A stretch of DNA of 64,000 nt, from NCBI GenBank assembly GCA_963806225.1, contig CAWDXG010000001.1, positions 1,824,001 through 1,888,000 of the forward strand, written 5' to 3'. A program made the translations under genes and the position numbers. The notes under the pieces were generated by a model, which searched no databases, had not been told where the DNA came from, and was given only the letters and a program-made list of their open reading frames with translations. The stretch is from an uncultured delta proteobacterium (GTDB lineage: Bacteria; Myxococcota_A; Polyangia; Polyangiales; Polyangiaceae). This document shows positions 28,428-40,106 of this stretch, in pieces (the first letter of the stretch is position 1; the number at the start of each line of letters is the position of its first letter).

Positions 28428-31400
28428 CACAGCCGCCGGTCGGTTCGACCTTGGTCTGCCCGTTGGGCGAGCCCGGCAGAATGCAGCTGCCGTTCGCGTC
28501 GATCGGCAGTGGTCCAGCGTTGCCCTCGAGCGTGCCCTGGTCGAGCTTGACGCCGAGGTCGCCGGTGTTGCGGTTGTCGTGGTGGAAGCTTTCCCAGGTG
28601 ATCACACCCTTGGTCGTGCCCTTGGTGTGCCAGGCGTAGAGCCAGCCTTCGCGCGACGGGACGACCACCTCGAGCTTGCCGTCCCCGTCGATGTCGCCGA
28701 CCGCCGTGGTCGAGATGACCCACTGCCCGACGAACTTCGGCCAGCCTTCCGGCTCGCGCCCGCAGGCGTCGGCCGCGTGGACGAAGTAGCCGCCGCTGCC
28801 GGTCAGGACCTCGGGATAGCCGTCGCCGTCGATGTCGGCGATCGCCTGGTTGTTGAAGAACGTGAAGTCTTCGAGCACGACGGGGCTGCCCGGGAACATC
28901 GCGCCCGTCTTGCCGCTCCACATCGCCAGCAGGTTCTGCCCGAGCTTCTGGGACGTACCCTTCGAGACCAGCTGCTGCGCCAGGCTGAGCGAGCCACCCG
29001 ACGTGACGATGTCGGGCGTGCCGTCCTGGTCCAGGTCGCCCGCGGATGGCTGCGCGAACAGCGGGAAACATCGTGTCGGGGCGGACCGCCTTGGAGTCGG
29101 TGCCGAAGATCGCCGTGGGCTCGAGGCCGCGCTCGGGGGGGCCACCGTCTTCGACCCGGACGCACGGGCAGCGCGTTCGGCGGCACGCCGTAGCCGGCCC
29201 CGCCCTGCTTCCCGGGGTCGGCGGGCAGGATCATGGGCGCGCTGGCGTTGCCGTGGATGATCGCGTCCGGCTTGCCGTCCCCGTTGATGTCAGCTGCGAT
29301 CGGCGAGTTGCCGACTCCCTCCGCGACCAGCGGGAACAGCTTGAACGACGTCATCGTGACCGGCCAGTTCGTCATGTACTTCCGGGTCTTGCCGTCGATC
29401 AGATAGAAGGCTCCGGCGCCGCCGCCCGCTCCAAGCTTCTCGTTGGAGCCGACGAGGACGTCCGGCGTGCCGTCGCCGTTGAAATCGGTGACGGTCGGCG
29501 TGGTCAGGATGCGGTTGTACTCGTCGAGCCCAGGGAAGTGCACGCGCACCGGCCAGCCCGTGAGCGGCGTGCCGTCGGCCTTGTAGACGTGGACGTAGCC
29601 GTCGAAGCCGGCCTGGATCACGTCGAGCTTGCCGTCGCCGTCCATGTCGGCGAGCACGGGGCTTCCGAACGCGCCGCGGTCGACGACGTTGTTCACGTCG
29701 TTGCCGCTCGCGTCCTTGGTCGCGCCCATGCACAGAGCGGGTGGCTTGCTACCATCGAGCGGGCAGGAGGGAACGTCAGGCAGCCGCACCGGCCAGCCCT
29801 TCATGAGCGTGCCGTCGTTCTTGATGACGTAGATCGTGCCCGAATACGTCGTGACCACGATGTCCAGCTTGCCGTCGCCGTTCATGTCGGCGATCGCCGG
29901 AGTCGGGCACGATGGCTTCCCGTGCCAGGTCCGGGTCGACTCCGTTGGGGCTGTTGTAGGCCGGGCTCTTCGAGTAGTCGGGGCGCGTCGTGTCGCCGTC
30001 GAGGCCGTCGACCTGCTTCACCTTGAAGGGGAAGCCGGCGACCTCCTCGGGCATGCCGCTCTTCATGGACCAGACGTGCACGAGGCCGCCGCTGGTGCCG
30101 AGAACGATGTCGCTGACGCCGTCGCCGTCGATGTCGGCCAGCTTGGGGCTCGACTCGCCCGAGTCGCTGATGCGCAGTGGGAAGCCGCTGACGAGGTCCG
30201 GGTCCTTGTACACGTAGTACGCGCGGCGGAGCTCACCGCTCACGTCCCCGATGCTGCCGCCGTAGTGCGCCGTGGCGCGGACCCGCACGGTGATGGTGTA
30301 CTCGTTCTCGCCATGCGGGCTGTCGGGATCCGCCGGGTGGCTCACGTCGATGCTGCGCACGTCAAGCGACGCCAGCGGGGAGCCGTCGCTTCCGACCTCG
30401 CCTGTGAGATTCGTCTGCTTCGGCTCGACCGGCTTGAAGGCCTCGTCCAGCGGCTGCACGCCCGGCGCCCACTCGACCACGTAGTCGTAGCTCTTGGCGC
30501 GCTTGGCGCTGACGGTCCCGACGATGGGCACCGGCGCGTTCAGCTGGTCGGCGTACAACACCTAGAACCAGTGCGGCTTGACGACATCGATGTCGGGCGG
30601 GATGCGTCCTTCCTTGACCCACTCGACCGCGGTGTTGGCGTTGACCCGCCCGTAGCCGAAGCGCTGGTCGAAGCCCGGCTGCGAGTAGAAGTACTGCGAA
30701 CCCGGCTGGCGCGATTCGGCGACGTCGATGTCGTCCGCCGTCATCATGTCCAGCTGCATCACCTCGCCGGCCGTCAGCTGCGGCTTGGTGAGCCGTCGTA
30801 GCCGGCCTCGACGCCCATCGAGTAGACGAGCCCGCTGACGCCCGACAGGCGCGCGGTCGCCTCGCTCGAGCAGCCGGTGCCGGACGCCGACAGGAAGTTC
30901 TGGCGCGCCGTAGTTCGTGCACAGGTTGAACGCGAGGAAGCTCGTCGCCGTCGTCGACTCGCTGGTCGGAGCCGAGCATGGTGATGGCGTGGACCGGCAG
31001 CGTGTGGTTCGCCGTGGCCGGCATGTTGTGATGGCGGGCGTTCTCGTCCGCCATGCTGGCGATCGACGATCGTGCCGCGGCTCCAGGCGTAGTCCATGGC
31101 CGACTGCGCGAAACGCGACATGTCGATGGTGCCCAGGGCCTCCTGGATCGACGCTCGAGCCGTTGTCGGTCGCGTACACCACCGCCTTGGCCGAAGTTCT
31201 GCGAGTTCGCGATGAAGCTGTCGCCTACGCGCAGCATCTGGAAGCGGCACTTCGGGCACACGCCGGCGTCGCCGATGCCCGTCGTTCGCTGCCGCCCGAC
31301 GAGTCGTTCGCTTCGCCGGTGCCGTGGCCGTAGCGCGTGTCGTCGTACGGGTCGTTGTCGTTCTTCATGAAGTCCCAGCCCGAGATGTCGTCGACGAAGC

Positions 31401-32148
31401 CGTTGCCGTCGTCGTCCTTCCCGTCCGAGACCATGAGCTTGCCCTGCGCGTTCTTCATGGTGATGAGGTCGCCGGCGTCGAGGATGCCGTTCCGGTTCGC
31501 GTCGCCCTGCGGGTGGCCGGTGGAGGCCGGCGGGCTCGAGCCAGGGTGAGTCGGCGTAGTCGCGAGATCGGTGAGGATGCCGTCGCCGTTGCAGTCGAAC
31601 AGATCCTGTCCAGGCTTGGACGGGTCGAGCGGGCGCACAGTCCGAACCGTCGCTGTGCTTCGGCAGGTGGTTTCCGAGCTCGCCCTTGTTCAGGTACGCC
31701 TTCTCGGCGATGTTGGATCGTCCCACTTGATGCCGCAATCGAGGACCGAGATGAGCACGCGGTCGTCGCCGATGGTGTGGCGCCAGGCCAGATCGATGCT
31801 CATGCCCGATGCGGTCTCTCCCGGGCGCAGCGGCGGTGCGCCGGGCGAGCGGTCCGGAATGAACGAGTAGAAGTTCCACTGGCCCTTCTTGCGCTTGGAC
31901 GAGGTGGCCGAGGCGACGTAGCCGTAGCCCGGGTCGTTGGGCCAGTTCGCCGGGTTCTTCATGTCGGCCGAGGTCGCGGTCTCGGGCGGCGGCCAGGCGG
32001 CGTGGACGTCGCGCGGCGAGTCGACGCACACGAGCGCGACGGCAGCCGCGAGCAGTGCCAGCATGGGCCGCGGGGCAAGCTGTCCGCGTCGGGCCTCCAC
32101 GACTTCGTGCTCGCAGCGGGGAGGTGGAGTGGTGCGATGCTTGTTCAT
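28312..32148 (-). CDS. Secreted S8-family peptidase with FG-GAP repeats and MYXO-CTERM tail (multiple frameshifts)
   Basis: ISVLDCGI, DDDGNGFVDDISGWDF, YGHGT, SASGTGCSSEA, FGYGRVNA; repeated AD(I/M/F)(N/D)GDG; GGCGCSV..WLALLGLPAVLVLRRR; spread over at least six ORF pieces. Confidence 0.8.
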
Positions 32149-32212
32149 GGTGGGGTCTCCGGTGTCCCCCCCGATGTCCTGCGGGCCCCGGGAGCCGGGC
32201 CGACGGGTGGCG

Positions 32213-32822
32213 TCAATTGTCGCCGAACAGGTCGTGGATGCGCGAGTCGAGAGCGAGCGCGATCTTGTACAGGCTCGAGATCGACGGGCTCGATTCGGCG
32301 CGTTCGATCTGGGAAAGGAGCGAGATGCTGAGGCCGGTGCGGCGGCTCATCTGCTTGAGCGTCAGCTCCTTTTCCTTGCGCATGGAGCGGATCGTATCGC
32401 CGATGATCTTGTGCAGCTGCTCTTCGGGCGTGCGCGCGAGGCCCTTCTTCTTCATGACCCGCGCCAGCACGTCGCGGAACTCGTCGACATTGAACGGCTT
32501 CTTGATGTAGTCGACGGCGTCGAGCTTCATCGACGCCACGGCGGTATCCAGGTTCGGGTGCGCGGTGAAGATGATCGACCGCGATGTCGCTGTCGATGCC
32601 GCGGATGCGCCTGAGCACCTCGATGCCGTCGAGCTTGGGCATCATCAGGTCGAGGATGATGACGTGGTAGCTGCCCTGGCGGATCTCGTCTTCCACCAGG
32701 GTCGGATCGCCGAGCGTCTTGACGGCGAAGCCGTCCTTCTCGAGCAGCGTCTGCATGTAATCGCAGATCGCGCGGTCGTCGTCGACGATAAGGATCCGGA
32801 CGGCGGGGACTTCTATCGGCAC
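32213..32822 (-). CDS. digR: Response regulator receiver + HTH-XRE (DigR-like); frameshift at ~32577
   Basis: ILIVDDD, LDLMMP, YIKKP; ELTLKQMSRRTGLSISLLSQIERAESSPSISSLYKIA closely matches M. xanthus DigR as recalled. Confidence 0.8.
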
Positions 32823-32969
32823 GATTTGCCTCCTCGCACGGCCCGCGGGTTAGGCCGTGCCTTCGCATCCGGAACGCGCGGTTCCAGATTGCAGTGACAC
32901 TACAATACCCGACTCTGGGCGTCTGTGGTGCACTTTCGACTGCGGCGCGGACGGGCACGCCCCGAGGAC

Positions 32970-33021
32970 AAAAAAAGAGCAGCGACCGGAACGAGGGGGG
33001 GAGACGTTCCAGCCGCTGCTC
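32970..33021 (-). terminator. Rho-independent terminator of the putative sRNA
   Basis: 17-bp stem gagcagcggctggaacg/cgttccggtcgctgctc (2 G-U pairs) followed by T7. Confidence 0.8.
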
Positions 33022-33128
33022 GGAGAGAACACAGCGCCCCGTCGGAGGGGGGCACGAACGAGGCACTGTGCGGAGAACTTGGCAGCAGGGCGAGGGCAGG
33101 GGGGGGACCGCCACTCGACTGCCGCCGC
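32970..33128 (-). ncRNA. Putative sigma54-dependent sRNA with three stem-loops and C-rich loops
   Basis: Promoter, three hairpins whose wobble pairs are G-U on the minus strand, and a U7 tail. Confidence 0.7.
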
Positions 33129-33138
33129 GTAGGGAGAA

Positions 33139-33154
33139 TGCACGGCGCATGCCA
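33139..33154 (-). promoter_or_regulatory. sigma54 (-24/-12) promoter
   Basis: TGGCATGCGCCGTGCA (GG-N10-GC); predicted +1 near 33128 at the base of stem-loop 1. Confidence 0.65.
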
Positions 33155-33361
33155 GCACAGAACGGCCACGGTTTGGGCACTTGCGTACGGTACGGGCGCT
33201 CCGCTTCGCAGATCTGAAATCAGTCTTTCAGCAACGACAGGAGCAGTTGCCGCAACGCGCCCCGGCCACGGCGAGGTTGCTGCGTCCTGGTCCGGCGTTA
33301 CTTTCCGTCCGACAGGACCCGGTCCGGTCGGACGACCGGGGCCGGTCCCGTCTGGACTCCC

Positions 33362-35266
33362 ATGCGCGACCCCCCGAGCGGAAACGGTTCCGCGAGTGCC
33401 GCGCCGCCCAGCGGTCGCTATCTGCTGACGCTGTGCCTTGCGTCCGCCGGCATCGTCTACGGCGACATCGGCACGAGCCCGCTCTACGCGTTGCGCGAGT
33501 GCTTCCGCGGCGAGCACGCCGTGCCGGCAACGCACGACAACATCCTCGGCGTGGTGTCGCTGATCCTGTGGTCGCTCACCCTGGTCATTTCCATCAAGTA
33601 CCTGGCGTACGTCATGCGCGCGGACAACAAGGGGGAGGGCGGCATCCTGGCGCTGATGGCGCTCGCGCAGTCACAGGAACGCGGCGGGCGGCATGTCCGG
33701 CGCGTGGTGCTCCTTCTGGGTCTGTTCGGCGCTGCGCTGCTGTACGGCGACGGCATGATCACGCCCGCGATATCGGTGCTCAGCGCCGTGGAGGGCCTGC
33801 GCATCGCAGCCCCGTCGCTGTCGAGCTACGTCGAGCCGATCACGATCGCGATCCTGATCGGTCTATTCTGGATCCAGCGTCGGGGGACGGCCCGGGTGGG
33901 CGCCATTTTCGGCCCCGTCATGCTGCTGTGGTTTTCCATGCTCGCCGTGCTCGGCGTCGGGTACATCGCGCGGCGGCCCGACGTGCTGGTGGGTCTGAGC
34001 CCCGGCTACGGCGCCGCGTTCCTGATCCGGCACAAGCTGCACGGCCTGTTGGTGCTGGGGGCCGTGTTCCTCGTCGTTACCGGCGGCGAAGCGCTGTACG
34101 CCGACATGGGGCACTTCGGACCGCGGCCGATCCGCTTGACGTGGTTCGGACTGGTGCTGCCGGCCCTGGTCATCAACTACTTCGGCCAGGGGGCGCTGCT
34201 GCTCGAAAGCCCCGCTGCGGCGGAGAACCCGTTCTACCGCATGGTGCCCTCGTGGGCTCTGTACCCCATGGTTGCACTCGCGACGCTGGCCACCGTCATC
34301 GCATCGCAGGCCGTGATCTCGGGAGCCTATTCGCTCACCCGCCAGGCGATGATGCTCGGCTTCCTGCCGCGCTTGCGCCTCCGGCACACCTCCGCCCGCG
34401 AGATAGGGCAGATCTACGCGCCCTCGACCAACTGGGTGCTGATGTTCGCCACGATCGGTCTGGTGCTGGGGTTCCGCTCCTCGTCCAACCTGGCGGCGGC
34501 CTACGGGGTCGCCGTGACCACGACCATGGTCATCACGACGCTGCTGGCGTGGATCGTGGCGCGGCGGCTGTGGGGCTGGAGCGTGTGGGCTGCGAGCGGT
34601 GCGACGCTGCTGTTCCTGGTGCCGGACCTGGCGTTCTTCTCCGCCAACCTGGTCAAGATCGAGCAGGGCGGCTGGTTTCCGCTGCTGGTTGCGATGGGCG
34701 TGTTCACGTTGATGACGACGTGGCAGCGGGGGCGCAGCCTGCTCGGGGAGCGCATCCGCGCGAACATCGTGCCGCTTGTCGATCTGTACGAGCTCATCCG
34801 CGTGGAGCGGCCGGCGCGCGTCCCCGGCACCGCCGTGTTCATGACCAGCAACGCCGAGGGCACGCCGCCCGCGCTGATGCACAACTTCAGACACAACCGT
34901 GTCCTGCACGAGCAGAACGTGCTCTTGACGATCGTGACGGAGGAGGTGTCGCGCGTCTCGCCCGGAGAACGGCTGACCGTCCAGCAGCTCGAAGAGGGGT
35001 TTCTGCGCGTGGTGGCGCGCTACGGGTTCATGGAGGAAGCGGACATTCCCGCGCTGCTCGCCGGCGACGCGATTCCCGGCTGCGCAGCTCCGCATACGAC
35101 GTTCTTCCTCGGTCGCGAGACGCTGCTGGCCGCCGGAGGCGCGGGCATGTCGCGCTGGCGCGAATCGCTCTTCGCCGTCATGAGCAGGAACGCCCAGCGC
35201 GCGACGGCTTTCTACAACATCCCGCCCGACCAGGTGATGGAGATCGGCGCGCAGATCGAGTTGTAG
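33362..35266 (+). CDS. kup: KUP/HAK/KT potassium transporter
   Basis: YGDIGTSPLY, ADNKGEGG, DGMITPAISVLSAVEG, EALYADMGHFG, YGFME. Confidence 0.97.
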   Translation: MRDPPSGNGSASAAPPSGRYLLTLCLASAGIVYGDIGTSPLYALRECFRGEHAVPATHDNILGVVSLILWSLTLVISIKYLAYVMRADNKGEGGILALMALAQSQERGGRHVRRVVLLLGLFGAALLYGDGMITPAISVLSAVEGLRIAAPSLSSYVEPITIAILIGLFWIQRRGTARVGAIFGPVMLLWFSMLAVLGVGYIARRPDVLVGLSPGYGAAFLIRHKLHGLLVLGAVFLVVTGGEALYADMGHFGPRPIRLTWFGLVLPALVINYFGQGALLLESPAAAENPFYRMVPSWALYPMVALATLATVIASQAVISGAYSLTRQAMMLGFLPRLRLRHTSAREIGQIYAPSTNWVLMFATIGLVLGFRSSSNLAAAYGVAVTTTMVITTLLAWIVARRLWGWSVWAASGATLLFLVPDLAFFSANLVKIEQGGWFPLLVAMGVFTLMTTWQRGRSLLGERIRANIVPLVDLYELIRVERPARVPGTAVFMTSNAEGTPPALMHNFRHNRVLHEQNVLLTIVTEEVSRVSPGERLTVQQLEEGFLRVVARYGFMEEADIPALLAGDAIPGCAAPHTTFFLGRETLLAAGGAGMSRWRESLFAVMSRNAQRATAFYNIPPDQVMEIGAQIEL

Positions 35267-35268
35267 CT

Positions 35269-35385
35269 GGGGTGCCCACCCCCGCTGCGCTGGGCCCTGC
35301 GGGCCCTCGCGCAGCTTGCCCCTCCCAAATCCGTGCTCGCGCCCTCCGGGCGCTGCGCGCGGATGGGAGGGGCCGTCCGCTGCGC
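35269..35385. repeat. REP-like multi-hairpin element
   Basis: gctgcgc-t-gggccc-tgc-gggccc-tc-gcgcagc (35284-35315) and gcccctccc..atccgtgc..gcgccc-tcc-gggcgc..gcgcggat-gggaggggc (35318-35373). Confidence 0.6.
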
Positions 35386-35461
35386 CTGGCCGATCGGTTG
35401 GGTTGTTCCAACGGGAAGTGTGGTTCCTGCGTGCAGTGTCGGCGGGGGCGATGCTTCTCTG

Positions 35462-35524
35462 CCTTTGCTGCGGCTCGCGGCTGGCCTTCAGGGGGTGAAG
35501 GCCGGCCGCGAGCCGCAGCAAAGG
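35462..35524 (+). promoter_or_regulatory. 29-bp hairpin overlapping the RBS of the DUF559 gene
   Basis: cctttgctgcggctcgcggctggccttca-ggggg-tgaaggccggccgcgagccgcagcaaagg (one G-U pair). Confidence 0.8.
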
Positions 35525-35532
35525 AGAACATC

Positions 35533-35919
35533 ATGCATCGCACCAACAGTCCCTTCAGCCAGCGGAGCCGGTCCAAGCGCGCGGCGGTGCTCGCCGAGCG
35601 CGCGCGGGAGATGCGGGCTCTGCCCACGTGGGGCGAGGCGCGGTTGTGGCATGAGCTGCGCGGCAGCCGGCTTGGTGTCGCGTTCCGGCGTCAGCTCGTC
35701 ATCGGTCGTTACATCGCGGACTTCGCCGCTCCTTCGGTGCGGCTGGTCGTCGAGGTGGACGGTGGCTACCACGCCGCGTGCGCTGTGCGGGATGCTCGCA
35801 GGGACCGCGCGCTCGCTCGGGCAGGCTATCGCGTGCTCAGGCTGGAGGATGAACTCGTCCAGCGCCGTATGCCAGAAGCGGTCACAGGTATTCGTGCGGC
35901 GGTGGACACGCTGCGCTGA
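35533..35919 (+). CDS. DUF559 (Vsr-like) endonuclease domain protein
   Basis: AREMR..PT..EARLW..LR, FRRQ..IGRYIADF, LVVEVDGGYH, RD..RD..L..GYRVLR; RBS AAGGAG. Confidence 0.9.
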   Translation: MHRTNSPFSQRSRSKRAAVLAERAREMRALPTWGEARLWHELRGSRLGVAFRRQLVIGRYIADFAAPSVRLVVEVDGGYHAACAVRDARRDRALARAGYRVLRLEDELVQRRMPEAVTGIRAAVDTLR

Positions 35920-36022
35920 GCGCGGCAGGCACTACCCCGGACTCTAGCGACGCGAGTCGCTGATGGAAGCAACGTTCGGGGGTGGATGGCGATGCCCTGC
36001 ACCCGGGTAGTGCCTTGGCCGT

Positions 36023-36757
<735 letters not shown>

Positions 36758-36818
36758 CTATCCTGTCAGACCCGCTCTTGATCGGGGGCAGGGCCGAGCG
36801 TAAGGACGTGGGACGCCG

Positions 36819-39800
36819 ATGTTCGTCCACCGCAGCAATCGCCTGGAAGAGCTCGTAGGTGTGCTCGCGGAGGTGGCCGGGCGTCCCCTGGGCGGCGCGC
36901 TCCAGCCCGAGGTGATCGTTGTCCAGAGCAAGGGCATGGAGCGCTGGCTCGGCATGGAGCTGTCGCGGCGGCTCGGCGTTTGGTCGAACGGGCTGTTCCC
37001 GTTTCCCCGTGCGCTTGTCGAGGAACTGCTCGACGCAGTGCTCGCTGACGGCGGTGCGGAGCGCTTCTCGCGCGAGGGGCTCGCATGGGCCGTGTCGGCG
37101 CTGCTCCCCGGGCTCGCGCGCCGGCCGGGGTTCGCCCCCGTCGCGAGCTATCTCGACGACGACCCGCACGGGCTCAAACGCCTCCAGCTCTCGCAGCGCG
37201 TCGCCTACCTGTTCGATCAGTACGCCGTCTTCCGCCCGGAAATGGTGCATCGGAGTGGGAGCGCGGCGGCGGCGACGGCTGGCAAGCCGAGCTCTGGTGC
37301 GCACTGGTCGAGCGGCTTGGCTCCGCCCACGTCGCGGCGCGCGCCGAGCGGTTCCTCGCGGCCTGGCAAGGGCTCGACGAGCTGCCGGCGGCCGTTCCGC
37401 GGCGCATCTCCGTGTTCGGGATCTCGTCGCTGCCGCCCATCTACGTGCGCCTGCTCGCGGCCGTGGCAGAGCGCGTGGAGCTGCACCTGTTCCTGCTCAG
37501 CCCGTCGCGCGAGTACTGGGCGGAGATCCGCTCCGAGCGCGAAACGCTGCGCTCGCTGCGCGACGGCACCGGGCTCGTTGATCGCGAGCAGCAACACCTC
37601 GAGCAGGGCAACGCGATTCTGGCCTCGCTCGGCCGCGCGGGGCGCGACTTCCAGCGCGTGCTCGAGGCGCTCGACGACTACCAGGAGACCGAGCGCGACC
37701 TGTACCGGGATCCGGGAACGGGCAGCACCCTGACCGCGCTGCAGTCGGACATGCTCGCGCTCCGCCGCCGCGCTCCGGGCTCGACGCCGCTGCCACTGGA
37801 GCTCGACGACGGAGCCATAGCCGTGCACGCCTGCCACAGCCCGATGCGCGAGGTGCAGGTGCTGCACGATCAGCTGCTCGCGTCTGTTCGAATCCGACCC
37901 GTCGCTGGAGCCGCGCGACGTGGTCGTGATGATGCCGGATGTCGAAGCCTACGCGCCGCTGGTCGACGCGGTGTTCGGTGGCACGGGGGCGGGGCCCGGA
38001 CGCGTTCCGTATCGCATTGCCGACCGCACGCGGCGTTCGGGCAGCGCGGTGACGGAGGCGTTCCTTTCGATCCTGGCCTTCGCGGGAGGGCGAGCACGCG
38101 CCAGCGAGGTGCTGGATCTGCTGCAGCTCCAGCCCGTCCGCGCGAGGTTCGGGATCCGCGCAGCGGGGAGCTTTCACTGGTCTCGCGCTGGGTGCACGAC
38201 GCCGGCGTGCGCTGGGCGGTGGATGCAGACGACCGCGTGCGCGCCGGCCAACCCGCCTACGACGAGAACACCTGGCGCTTCGGGCTCGAAGCGGCTCCTG
38301 CTCGGCTATGCCATGCCCGGTTCGGGCGTGTTCGAGGACGTGCTGCCCTTCGACGACATGGAAGGCAGCGAGGTGGAGCTCGTCGGCCAGCTTGCAGAGC
38401 TCGCCGAGCGCTTGTTTGCGTGGAGGAAACGGCTGGCCGAACCGCGCACGCCCGCCGGGTGGCAGGGCGCGCTCGGTCTGTTGCTCGACGAGATGATCAC
38501 CGTACCACGATCACGACGCCTGGCAGCTGCAGCTCGTGCGCGACGCACTGGCGGCGCTCGCCGACACGTCTGCCGCGGCCGGTTTCGAGGAACGCGTCGA
38601 GCTAGATGTCGTGCGTACGCTGCTCGAGCAGGCGTTCGAACAGGAGCGCACGACGCACGATTTCCTGGCCGGCGGCGTGACGTTCTGCGCGATGCTGCCG
38701 ATGCGCAGTATTCCGTTCCGGGTCGTGTGCCTGATCGGGATGAACGATGGTGACTTTCCGCGCGTGAATCGCCAGCAGAGCTTCGACCTGATGGCGCTGC
38801 ACCCGCGCCCGGGTGACCGCAATCCGCGCGAGGAGGACCGCTACCTCTTTCTCGAGGCTCTGCTCTCGGCCCGCGAGCGGCTGATCGTCAGCTACGTGGG
38901 CCGTGGCATCCAGGACAACGGCGTGCGCCCGCCTTCGGTGGTGGTCGGCGAGCTCATCGATGCGCTGGTCGGCTCCTTCTCGATCGACCGCCAGCGATTC
39001 GTCGCTCGAGCACCCGCTGCAGCCGTTCAGCCCGGGCTACTTCCGCCCGGACCGCGATCCGCGGCTGTTCAGCTATGGCGTGGACGAATCCGAGGGGGCG
39101 CGCGCGCTCGTCCGGGAGCAGCACGACGTGCCGCCGTTCCAGAGCGCTCTTCTGCCACCGGTGGACGCGGGGCAGCGAGGCGTGGACATCGGCGAGCTCG
39201 CGCGCTTCTTCGAGAACCCCGCGCGGGGGCTGTTGCAGAGCCGGCTGGGGCTGGTGCTCGACCGCGATTCGGTGCTGGTCGAGGACCGCGAGCCCATCGA
39301 GCTCGACCCTCTCCAGCGCCACAGGATCGGCGCAGCGTTGCTCGACCAGGCACTGGACGGCGGCTCGCTCGACGACGGACTCCAGCGCACGCGCGCCGGC
39401 GGTGTACTGCCGCTCGGCATGCCGGGGGCGCTCGAGTACGCGGCGATCGAGGCGCAGGCACTGCAGATCGCACTCGAGACGCGTCGCTTCCGCGAAGGCG
39501 GCCGACTGCCGCCGCTGGAGCTGGATCTGGAGCTCGGTGGGACGCGTCTCGGCGGCGCGCTCGGCGAGCTGTGGCAGCGTGCGCAGCTCCGGGTGCAGTA
39601 CTCGAAAGTCAGGCCACGCCAGCGACTCTCGCTGTGGGTGCGGCACCTGGCGCTGCAGCTCGTCGCGCCGGATGGGTATCCGCGCCACAGCGTCATCGTG
39701 GGGCGCGCGTCGGACGGCGCCGCGAGCGTGTTCCAGCTCGTGCCGGTCGAGGCTGGGCGCGCGCGCGAGCTTCTGTCCGGGCTCGTCGAGCTGTACTGGC

Positions 39801-40106
39801 TCGGACAACGCGCGGCGCTGGGACTGTTTCCGGAGGCGTCGAGCACGTACGTCGAGGAGCTGGCGAAGCACGCGGGCGAGCCGGACGCGCCGCGCGAAGC
39901 GCGGCGCAGGGCGGATCAAGCGTTCAATGCCAGGACCGGCGGCGCCGAAGCGGACAACGCCTACATCCAGCGCGCCTTCGACGGACACGAGCCGCTCGCG
40001 CTGGAGCCGCCGTTCGGCGACGAGCTCGCCCTGCCGGGCTTCGCCGAGCTGGCCCAGCGCGTGTTCGAACCGATGTTCGACTTCGTGGCGGAGGGCGGAC
40101 GCATGA
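36819..40106 (+). CDS. recC: Exodeoxyribonuclease V gamma subunit (several frameshifts)
   Basis: HRSNRLEEL, IVVQSKGMERWL, LFDQY..FRP, FGISSLPP, HACHSPMREV, PMRSIPFRVVCLIGMN, DRYLFLEALLSAR, HPLQPFS. Confidence 0.9.

Noticed and set aside
33180..33361. c-di-AMP (ydaO) riboswitch upstream of kup
   Set aside because: The conserved riboswitch segments are not recognisable; only a generic GC hairpin is present.
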